Assembly: GCA_000002445.1 (NCBI GenBank)
Contig: CM000207.1
Coordinates: 544,001 to 608,000 of the forward strand
Length of the DNA: 64,000 bases
Origin: Trypanosoma brucei
Taxonomy: Eukaryota
Reading direction: 5' to 3'
Of the stretch, positions 1-8,785 are shown in pieces. A program made the translations under genes and the position numbers. The notes under the pieces were generated by a model. It made no database searches. It saw only the letters and a list, made by a program, of their open reading frames with translations, and was not told where the DNA came from. The number at the start of each line of letters is the position of its first letter. Positions within the stretch are counted from its first letter, which is position 1.

Positions 1-2892
1 TGCAGAAGATGAATCCTTCATCATAGCCGCACGTGCAGCGGAAGCACGTGGCACATATAGTGACCACATCTCAGAGAAGGGACATGCAGCAAGGGTACTT
101 AATATATCAGCATCATTTAATGAGCTCCCAATGACTTTATAATCAATCAACAGACTTCCGAGTCGGCAATCAATGATAACCACCTGCTGTGGAGAGACAC
201 CGAGAACACGCGCAGCGTCATTACGGAATGCGTTCTCCAACCCTTCACGATCACCACTAAGCACAAGATCCCAATCATCTCCCTCAAATTTTTCTGTCAA
301 TACCGATGACTCCCGTGGTCTAGATTCATACAGCATCCACACAGCAGTGTATGGACATTCATTAAGACGCTCATCAATATCATCCTTCTTTAGGTTGTGT
401 GGTAGGGTTATGGTAAATTCAAGTTTTAGCATTTCCTCGCTGTAACTCACCACCAAGTCCTGCACCTGTTCCTCATTAAGTTGCAACTGAGCAGCCGTTT
501 CTTTGGTAAAGGCACTTACGACATCAGGTTTCCTCTTCTCCAAAACATAATCCCAGTCCTCACCCTCAAATTCCACGTGGTGTTGCGTAACCGTTTCTGT
601 TGCAGAAGATGAATCCTTCATCATAGCCGCACGTGCAGCGGAAGCACGTGGCACATATAGTGACCACACCTCAGAGAAGGGACATGCAGCAAGGGTACTT
701 AATATATCAGCATCATTTAATGAGCACCCAATGACTTTATAATCAATCAACAGACTTCCGAGTCGGCAATCAATGATAACCACCTGCTGTGGAGAGACAC
801 CGAGAACACGCGCAGCGTCATTACGGAATGCGTTCTCCAACCCTTCACGATCACCACTAAGCACAAGATCCCAGTCATCTCCCTCAAATTTTTCTGTCAA
901 TACCGATGACTCCCGTGGTCTAGATTCATACAGCATCCACACAGCAGTGTATGGACATTCATTAAGACGCTCATCAATATCATCCTTCTTTAGGTTGTGT
1001 GGTGGGGTTATGGTAAATTCAAGTTTTAGCATTTCCTCGCTGTAACTCACCACCAAGTCCTGCACCTGTTCCTCATTAAGTTGCAACTGAGCAGCCGTTT
1101 CTTTGGTAAAGGCACTTACGACATCAGGTTTCCTCTTCTCCAAAACATAATCCCAGTCCTCACCCTCAAATTCCACGTGGTGTTGCGTAACCGTTTCTGT
1201 TGCAGAAGATGAATCCTTCATCATAGCCGCACGTGCAGCGGAAGCACGTGGCACATATAGTGACCACACCTCAGAGAAGGGACATGCAGCAAGGGTACTT
1301 AATATATCAGCATCATTTAATGAGCACCCAATGACTTTATAATCAATCAACAGACTTCCGAGTCGGCAATCAATGATAACCACCTGCTGTGGAGAGACAC
1401 CGAGAACACGCGCAGCGTCATTACGGAATGCGTTCTCCAACCCTTCACGATCACCACTAAGCACAAGATCCCAATCATCTCCCTCAAATTTCTCTGTCAA
1501 TACCGATGACTCCCGTGGTCTAGATTCATACAGCATCCACACAGCAGTGTATGGACATTCATTAAGACGCTCATCAACATCATCCTTCTTTAGGTTGTGT
1601 GGTAGGGTTATGGTAAATTCAAGTTTTAGCATTTCCTCGCTGTAACTCACCACCAAGTCCTGCACCTGTTCCTCATTAAGTTGCAACTGAGCAGCCGTTT
1701 CTTTGGTAAAGGCACTTACGACATCAGGTTTCCTCTTCTCCAAAACATAATCCCAGTCCTCACCCTCAAATTCCACGTGGTGTTGCGTAACCGTTTCTGT
1801 TGCAGAAGATGAATCCTCCATCATAGCCGCACGTGCAGCGGAAGCACGTGGCACATATAGTGACCACACTTCAGAGAAGGGACATGCAGCAAGGGTACTT
1901 AATATATCAGCATCATTTAATGAGCACCCAATGACTTTATAATCAATCAACAGACTTCCGAGTCGGCAATCAATGATAACCACCTGCTGTGGAGAGACAC
2001 CGAGAGCACGCGCAGCGTCATTACGGAATGCGTTCTCCAACCCTTCACGATCACCACTAAGCACAAGATCCCAATCATCTCCCTCAAATTTCTCTGTCAA
2101 TACCGATGACTCCCGTGGTCTAGATTCATACAGCATCCACACAGCAGTGTATGGACATTCATTAAGACGCTCATCAACATCATCCTTCTTTAGGTTGTGT
2201 GGTAGGGTTATGGTAAATTCAAGTTTTAGCATTTCCTCGCTGTAACTCACCACCAAGTCCTGCACCTGTTCCTCATTAAGTTGCAACTGAGCAGCCGTTT
2301 CTTTGGTAAAGGCACTTACGACATCAGGTTTCCTCTTCTCCAAAACATAATCCCAGTCCTCACCCTCAAATTCCACGTGGTGTTGCGTAACCGTTTCTGT
2401 AGCAGAAGATGAATCCTCCATCATAGCCGCACGTGCAGCGGAAGCACGTGGCACATATAGTGACCACACTTCAGAGAAGGGACATGCAGCAAGGGTACTT
2501 AATATATCAGCATCATTTAATGAGCACCCAATGACTTTATAATCAATCAACAGACTTCCGAGTCGGCAATCAATGATAACCACCTGCTGTGGAGAGACAC
2601 CGAGAGCACACGCAGCGTCATTACGGAATGCGTTCTCCAACCCTTCACGATCACCACTAAGCACAAGATCCCAGTCATCTCCCTCAAATTTTTCTGTCAG
2701 TACCGATGACTCCCGTGGTCTAGATTCATACAGCATCCACACAGCAGTGTATGGACATTCATTAAGACGCTCATCAATATCATCCTTCTTTAGGTTGTGT
2801 GGTGGGGTTATGGTAAATTCAAGTTTTAGCATTCCCTCGCTGTAACTCACGACCAAGTCCTGCACCTGTTCCTCATTAAGTTGCAACTGAGC
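1..2892. repeat. 600-bp tandem repeat array, about 4.8 copies in the window, with unit boundaries at 1/601/1201/1801/2401. It probably continues beyond the window start. Copies are more than 98% identical, with a few SNPs shared by neighbouring copies.
   Basis: The 60-nt string tgcagaagatgaatccttcatcatagccgcacgtgcagcggaagcacgtggcacatatag recurs at exactly 600-nt spacing. The repeat lies inside the minus-strand CDS and is in frame (200 aa per unit). Each unit is itself an ancient duplication of two ~100-aa halves, both starting FEGxDWDxVL. Confidence 0.95.
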
Positions 2893-5169
2893 AGCCGTTT
2901 CTTCGATAAAGGCATTCACGACTTCATTTTTTTTGTTGTGAATCGAAGTGTACCATTCTTTTCCTGCGAAATGTTTGGTGTGTTTTTTACTTTCTAATAT
3001 TAATTTGTTGTAATTTACTGGGTTTTTTTCGTTATAGAAGTTCCAAAGCCGTGGGTATTGGTGCTGAAGTATTTGGTGTTTTATTCTCTCCGGTGACTTT
3101 TTATTGTCGTATACGCTGTATTCGACTTGTAGATTGTGATCAGTTGCGTGCATGTTAGTGACAACGATTTTTTCGGTTTTCACTTCCAGTGCTGTTGATG
3201 TTTCGTGCAAAAATATGTCGTGTATTTTTTCTTTATCGTGGAGCATTTTGTATTTCCATTCTGTACCCATGAAGCTTCTCTTGTATTTAATTTTTTTGTA
3301 CGCGGTATATTTTTTGTAAATGGCGGTCGTTTGTGGGTATTCGTAGCTGTGTATGTTGTTGCCAGAATCATTGCTTTTCTTTATTCCCTTGCTCACAACA
3401 TATTCGACGTGAAGTCTGCTTGTTGCTAATATTTTTGTTACATATACATCGGCCGTACTGGCTAACCAGTGAAGATTGTAAATATCTGTTTCTGCTGCTT
3501 TTTTCACTTCATACTTGTGGTCATCAGCAATAGTTTTCCAGTCGTCACCTCTCAACGTGAAATTATGCAGTGACATATTTTTGCATTCTTCTTCATATAG
3601 TCTTCTGAGCAATGGGTAGTTGTATTCTGCGACTGCAGCCCTCAAGTCGTTTTGTGTCATAGAGTTGTCATGCTGTAATTCCGCCTGAATTATCAAGCAG
3701 TTTTGTTCCTCGTTGTAAGAAGAATGAGTGACTATTACATTACTTTTGGGCACACCCACCGCTGTTCCTGTCTCGACACAAAATGTGTGCTCAATGTCAG
3801 CTTGCCTAAAGTAGAGGATAACCTCCCAATCTTTCCCTGCGTATTCACGGCGCACCACACCGATAGTACCAGAAGGGATATTATCTACGGAGTGCGTTGT
3901 GGGTATAAATATCCCCTCGCTAATGTCCATCTCTTCTTGTTCTGATTTCCCCCGTCTACTGTTCGCTAACCGCTGCATCATAACGGTATCAAGATATCTA
4001 ATACAGGGTTCCTCGAGAGAGTACAGGTTATCCCCCCCTAGCAGTTCTTGTGAACCAAGTACCACGAGCACATTCTTTCGCAAAACGATGATGCTATAGT
4101 TTGTTGGCACCCACGTGTAGAAGGCAGGTAGCAGATATTCTTTGTTCTCCGCCCCGGCAAAACTCTGCCGGTACCTCTCTAGCGCTAAGTCTTTCGGGGC
4201 CGAGTGTTCTTCTGCCCTTGCGGGCTGCATCGAATCCCCCTCTTGCGTCTCCGTCTCTTCACCACCCCCAAATCCCATCTGCCTGTAAGCACGCAATTCC
4301 TCATTAACCTTGTCCAGTTGGGTTTGATACATCCCCATAGAGTACTGCTGCTTCTGAATGTCATTCATAACGTCAGCCAATACGCGCTTTTGTTCTTCCA
4401 TAATATCCTCTGCAGTAACCTTCTCCTTCACTGCATGGCATATGTCTAATTGAGCGAGCGTCCAGTAGTATATGGGTCCCATTGCCCTGCTGCCGTCTAC
4501 AGCCCGATCGTAGCAGAAGCTACGCCTACTCACGCAATCCCGCAAAATGAAATTACATCTCTCAATAGACAGTTCTTCGTCTGCAGAGAATTCTAGAATG
4601 CGCGCGCGAAAGTGCTGATGGCGTAACACACTCTGCATTTGTGGCCACGTTTTGGCTCCATCCTCACTCAGTAACAACATCACCGCGCGGAGGATAGTTG
4701 TTACCATCTTGGGTGGTGAACGATACGACTTCAGCTCATTCCAATGGTTGTACGAAATCGACTCAACATCGCAGCGGGCAGCAGACACTGCGGCGCGGGA
4801 CTGCATCAAGTGCGCCTCAGCTGCTGAACTAGTTCTCATCAATTCAGCTCGTGCGTTGCGAAGAGACTCGGTAAGCTCGGCCGCTCGCCGTAAGCACTGT
4901 TCAAACCCCTTCTTCGATTCTTCTACTTTACGCAGCATAGCGCCTCTCTCCCCAATGACGGTGGTGCCGCTGTTATCATCATCAACCAATTCCCACCTCC
5001 GCTCCCACAGCTGTATTTCAGCATCCTGGGCGTAAGGGGCTGACACTACCTGCCCCAGCGTCCAGTTGATTCCTCCACTATCGTCATTGGTCAGTACCAA
5101 CGCAACCACATCACCCGGTTTAATGGACCGAATGTCTGTACTGCACGTTAACGTTCTCTCTTGCATCAT
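1..5169 (-). CDS. Giant repetitive protein, partial; the C-terminus runs off the window start. The unique N-terminal region is followed by a series of ~100-aa FEGxDWDxVL-type domains, ending in a homogenised 200-aa tandem array.
   Basis: I translated the minus strand by hand from ATG ATG at 5169/5166 down to position 1 and found no stop codon. A stop lies 17 codons upstream of the ATG. Because the frame is open to the window edge it is absent from the ORF track. The 600-bp repeat unit translates as one in-frame 200-aa unit, TETVTQHHVEFEGEDWDYVLEKRKPDV...MMKDSSSA. Diverged copies of the same ~100-aa module occur between 2900 and 3900, for example GDDWKTIADDHKYEVKKAAETDIYNLHWL. Confidence 0.8.
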   Translation of the reverse strand, partial: MMQERTLTCSTDIRSIKPGDVVALVLTNDDSGGINWTLGQVVSAPYAQDAEIQLWERRWELVDDDNSGTTVIGERGAMLRKVEESKKGFEQCLRRAAELTESLRNARAELMRTSSAAEAHLMQSRAAVSAARCDVESISYNHWNELKSYRSPPKMVTTILRAVMLLLSEDGAKTWPQMQSVLRHQHFRARILEFSADEELSIERCNFILRDCVSRRSFCYDRAVDGSRAMGPIYYWTLAQLDICHAVKEKVTAEDIMEEQKRVLADVMNDIQKQQYSMGMYQTQLDKVNEELRAYRQMGFGGGEETETQEGDSMQPARAEEHSAPKDLALERYRQSFAGAENKEYLLPAFYTWVPTNYSIIVLRKNVLVVLGSQELLGGDNLYSLEEPCIRYLDTVMMQRLANSRRGKSEQEEMDISEGIFIPTTHSVDNIPSGTIGVVRREYAGKDWEVILYFRQADIEHTFCVETGTAVGVPKSNVIVTHSSYNEEQNCLIIQAELQHDNSMTQNDLRAAVAEYNYPLLRRLYEEECKNMSLHNFTLRGDDWKTIADDHKYEVKKAAETDIYNLHWLASTADVYVTKILATSRLHVEYVVSKGIKKSNDSGNNIHSYEYPQTTAIYKKYTAYKKIKYKRSFMGTEWKYKMLHDKEKIHDIFLHETSTALEVKTEKIVVTNMHATDHNLQVEYSVYDNKKSPERIKHQILQHQYPRLWNFYNEKNPVNYNKLILESKKHTKHFAGKEWYTSIHNKKNEVVNAFIEETAAQLQLNEEQVQDLVVSYSEGMLKLEFTITPPHNLKKDDIDERLNECPYTAVWMLYESRPRESSVLTEKFEGDDWDLVLSGDREGLENAFRNDAACALGVSPQQVVIIDCRLGSLLIDYKVIGCSLNDADILSTLAACPFSEVWSLYVPRASAARAAMMEDSSSATETVTQHHVEFEGEDWDYVLEKRKPDVVSAFTKETAAQLQLNEEQVQDLVVSYSEEMLKLEFTITLPHNLKKDDVDERLNECPYTAVWMLYESRPRESSVLTEKFEGDDWDLVLSGDREGLENAFRNDAARALGVSPQQVVIIDCRLGSLLIDYKVIGCSLNDADILSTLAACPFSEVWSLYVPRASAARAAMMEDSSSATETVTQHHVEFEGEDWDYVLEKRKPDVVSAFTKETAAQLQLNEEQVQDLVVSYSEEMLKLEFTITLPHNLKKDDVDERLNECPYTAVWMLYESRPRESSVLTEKFEGDDWDLVLSGDREGLENAFRNDAARVLGVSPQQVVIIDCRLGSLLIDYKVIGCSLNDADILSTLAACPFSEVWSLYVPRASAARAAMMKDSSSATETVTQHHVEFEGEDWDYVLEKRKPDVVSAFTKETAAQLQLNEEQVQDLVVSYSEEMLKLEFTITPPHNLKKDDIDERLNECPYTAVWMLYESRPRESSVLTEKFEGDDWDLVLSGDREGLENAFRNDAARVLGVSPQQVVIIDCRLGSLLIDYKVIGCSLNDADILSTLAACPFSEVWSLYVPRASAARAAMMKDSSSATETVTQHHVEFEGEDWDYVLEKRKPDVVSAFTKETAAQLQLNEEQVQDLVVSYSEEMLKLEFTITLPHNLKKDDIDERLNECPYTAVWMLYESRPRESSVLTEKFEGDDWDLVLSGDREGLENAFRNDAARVLGVSPQQVVIIDCRLGSLLIDYKVIGSSLNDADILSTLAACPFSEMWSLYVPRASAARAAMMKDSSSA

Positions 5170-6267
5170 GTGAAATGCCTTTACCGAAACTAAATCAATC
5201 TCAGGTTTCTGTTTTCACTGATTCACTTACTTACTTGTTTTTGGTGCCTTTTCTTATTGATCCTATCAACACCTGTGTACAAGTCCCTTTTGTCCGTTGC
5301 TGTTGTTGTTGTTTCGTCTTTTTTTCTTCCTTTTTTTTTCTCCAGTTCTACACCACTCCTTGGAACTTCGGAAACAGCAGAAGGTACTACTTCCTCCTGC
5401 TATGACCCCCAGATGCCGTACTGGACGTATGGTCTCTGTTTTTCTTTCTTTTCCCTTACCTTTTTCTTCGCAGCTGTGACTGTCCTTTAAGTAAGCTAAC
5501 TGTCAGATATATTAACAAACTTGTACAATTCTGTATATATATACACGTGCGTGTATGTGTGTTTATTTATTTGCTTTTGGTTGGGTAGGTGTGCTTGTTG
5601 TTGCCGTATTTTTAAACCTTTCCCGTTTGATTCACTTCCTGAAGACAAGTTGGTGCAGTAAGAAGCAGAAGTTCTTCCTTAACTTAACTTAAGCTCGTTT
5701 GCTCGCTTACCTTCCCTTGGTTTGCTTTTATGACCTTTTTTGGGGGGGCTTGATTCCCCCTTTTTTTTTTCTTTCTTCCCAACCCTCACTCTGTCTTGTC
5801 TCCTTTTTGTATTTTCTCTTGCTTTTTTTTCACGGAAACTCTCTCTCTCTCGTCTCCTTCGTTACGTTATGCACCCTCTAAACACGCTACAAAGGTATTG
5901 TGAACTGTACAACTGATATAAAGAGGCGCGCAATCAAATATATTTTTTTTTAATTTTTTTTTGATTTTTGCACCAGCCTTTGTGCTTACCTTTCGTGCCC
6001 GCGGCTCCCGCAAAACGTGCGCTCCGTTGATGGCGATGTTGTTGATATCGACTTTTTCGTAGCCGGTTTCCTTTAGTTTTTCCCGCTATTCGTGTCGTCG
6101 CCTAATCGCCTCAATTCCGTACTGTTTTGTTTCTTCCACACCTCTATTTTTAAATGATGATTCTTCTCTCAATTCGTATAAACGGACGGGAGGGCGGTAA
6201 TCCGAGGAAGGCAGCCTTTTGGTTCTCCTTCCCTTTTTTCCTTTTTCCTTCTTTTTTTTTTCTCTCT

Positions 6268-6281
6268 CGTGTGTATTGTAT

Positions 6282-6317
<36 letters not shown>
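6268..6317. repeat. (GT)n microsatellite: an imperfect lead-in, then about 16 perfect units.
   Basis: Read directly: gtgtgtattgtatgtgtatgtgtgtgtgtgtgtgtgtgtgtgtgtgtg. Confidence 0.95.
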
Positions 6318-6483
6318 CTCTGCGGTGTAAATATACTATTATTATTATTATTGTATATTATAGCCTTTTCTTTCTTTTATTTCCTTTTCTTTTAATAATT
6401 TATTCTCCCTCAGGGAGAACTGCCGGTAGCAGTGATTTTACGCCAAGTAGCACCACGGTTCCGTGACCGGTAGCCGCCAGCAG

Positions 6484-6517
6484 TAATATAATAATAATAA
6501 CAATAATAATAATAATA
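6484..6517. repeat. (ATA)n trinucleotide repeat. A second (ATT)n block lies at ~6336-6360.
   Basis: Read directly: taatataataataataacaataataataataata. Confidence 0.9.
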
Positions 6518-6889
6518 GTGGCAACAGTGCTGTTGGGTAGCGATGATTATGATGACAGTGCTAACGAGCAATAATATTTCATAAATATTTAAAAATAATA
6601 ATAATATAGATAATAATGACATTACCAATAGTATTAGCATCAGTGGTTATGAGTGACAATAATAAAAATATAGATGAGAGTGAAGACAAAAGGAAAGAAT
6701 GTGGAAAGACGGATCAACGGGGGTCATAAAATAATAATAATGGTGAAGACACGAAACTAAGTCACATAATACAAACGCATAAAATAATTAATATCTAGGC
6801 AAGCATGGCTTATCCACATAGAAACTTTATACTTTCACGCGAGACGACTTAACCTTCTAAACAAAGGCACAAGAAGAAAGAATACAACA

Positions 6890-7035
6890 ATTAAAAAAGT
6901 AAATACCATTGCAACCACGTCACAACACCGACTTTAAAAAAAAAAAAAAAGAAAAAAAGACATGTACACACAGAACACTTAAGATGGGTGGAAAAAAGAA
7001 AAGAAAAACAATGTCACGGGAAATAGGGACAAGAC
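6890..7035 (-). promoter_or_regulatory. Polypyrimidine-rich tract on the coding strand, upstream of the giant repeat gene. It is a candidate trans-splicing / polyadenylation signal.
   Basis: The plus strand is A/G-rich, including A15 (ctttaaaaaaaaaaaaaaagaaaaaaagac...ggaaaaaagaaaagaaaaacaatg). It is located in the 3.6-kb intergenic region 5170-8785. Confidence 0.3.
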
Positions 7036-8785
7036 ATCAAGCAACTACCCACCTCCCATTTACCACACCCTTCAATCTAAATATTTAAATATATATATTC
7101 AAATATTTGTCTCTTTTGTTACCTTCTCTCCTCGATGAGGTCTTATTAAGCATCAACACAACGTAACTCAACACATAAATAATTGAAATGCTTACAATCT
7201 TATTTAACATTTCTCTCTCAGTTCTCCTTATACGTATTTTTTTTTCTTTGGTTAAATTCTAATTTGTTTTACGTTCCTTTTTGATTGTTTTACGCAATGA
7301 AAATAATACTCAAACTAAAATCAGAATAAACTATTTAAGATTGATAGCCCCAGCCACAGCGATAAGATGAAGAAGTAGCGGCTAAACTCAAGCGCCATTT
7401 TGGCCCTTACACTAACAATAGTAATGATACCTTTTTTTAAAAAAAAAAACTAGCATAACTTCCTTTTGTTATGGTTAACAAAGAAAAAAAGACGTCACGC
7501 TTCTCTTCAGAAACGCTGTGATGGAAACTTCCTACATGCAAATTATGTGCTCAGAAGTTAAAGGTGACACACAAAAGAAAAAAGAGAGAAAATGAAACGA
7601 AAGGGGAAGGAAATGGACTAAAACAGCAGCATCGTTAAAAGACGGAAAAAGAGAGGTAAGTTGAACCTCACGAAACAACAATATTGCACCGCATTACATC
7701 ACAAAGATAGGGTTTTGAAGCGTGTACATATAAGAAGTTAAGAATACATAAGAGAGGGCATCAGCCTTAAAAATAAGCTTTAAAAAAATGCATGCATGCA
7801 CTAGGGGTCATGGAGAGAGAGAGAGACAAGGAGAACAAAGAACACATATTTATATTACTCAAACAGCAAATGATATCTGGCGTTGGGGGTTGAAAACGGT
7901 GAAATCCAGTGTGCAAAGTACAGTTTAAAATAAAAACAAACAGAATGAAAGGAAAGTAAAAAAATGAAGTTAAGCGAAGAGCACACAAAAATATAAATGA
8001 GCGTAACGTCACGCCCACCTAAACGAAAGGTTTTAGGTGGCACGCAGCGCATGTGAAACTTCCCCTCCCTATTGCCTTTCTTCACTCTTCTTCACTTCCC
8101 TCCTCTCTCCTCCTCCCGAGGCGATGTCTGGACGGCATGAAGCTTCCCGCCAACCAGAAACCTTTTTTACACCACATGCCGCTACACACACACCGCGTTG
8201 TGCCCAACGCCACAAATCAAAGAAATTAGATTATTAAAACACAGCGCCGCAACTCCCCCCCCCCCAGCAGTGTAGTCTAACGAGCTTCAAACTAAAATAA
8301 GTTAATGACGTTGGGAAAATGGAAGAACAAATGGAATGCTGAAGAAAATAAAGAAAGGAACACCACTCAAAGGCGTCCGCGCTTACCGAGTTGCGAGTCG
8401 TTCCAGCCCGCAAAACACCTCACCCTATTAACTATGAACAAATGACAAATCCATTCGAACGGGGGCCGCGGTATAATAATGTCGGACGTAAGGAGTAAGC
8501 TCCGCATGGTAGTGCGAAGGTGATGTTGCTGCTTGGTCGGGTTCTGCCTCCCATTCCTTAACTACACAACTCAACAATCGTTCCGCTTTGTGGTTTCTCA
8601 TCAAATCACATCACATCAAATCAAACTCTCGCATCCCTCCTCAGTTTATATATGCCTCTATATAATGCGGTCATTCCACAAATCACTTTAATAGTGGGGT
8701 AGTAAACCGTGACATCACACTCCTCTCACACATCATTCCCATCACAACACGATCCAAACACATAACTGCTCCACCAACGCCTGCA

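Noticed and set aside
173-2845. Five identical plus-strand 90-aa ORFs (173..445, 773..1045, 1373..1645, 1973..2245, 2573..2845) inside the 600-bp repeats.
   Set aside because: They are short antisense frames generated by the repeat. The minus strand is open and in frame across all copies and continues as one about 1700-aa protein. These ORFs exist only because the same sequence recurs five times.
3180-4449. Small ORFs on both strands between 3180 and 4449 (for example 3205..3429 +, 3703..3945 +, 4204..4449 +).
   Set aside because: All lie inside the continuous minus-strand reading frame of the giant repeat gene, which I translated without stops from 5169 to 1. They are out-of-frame or antisense.
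8440-8470. tRNA T-loop-like strings (ttcgaac at ~8451, ggttcgat at ~24468, ggttcaaat at ~44745).
   Set aside because: None is embedded in a 70-90-nt sequence with acceptor-stem complementarity or an A-box-like element.
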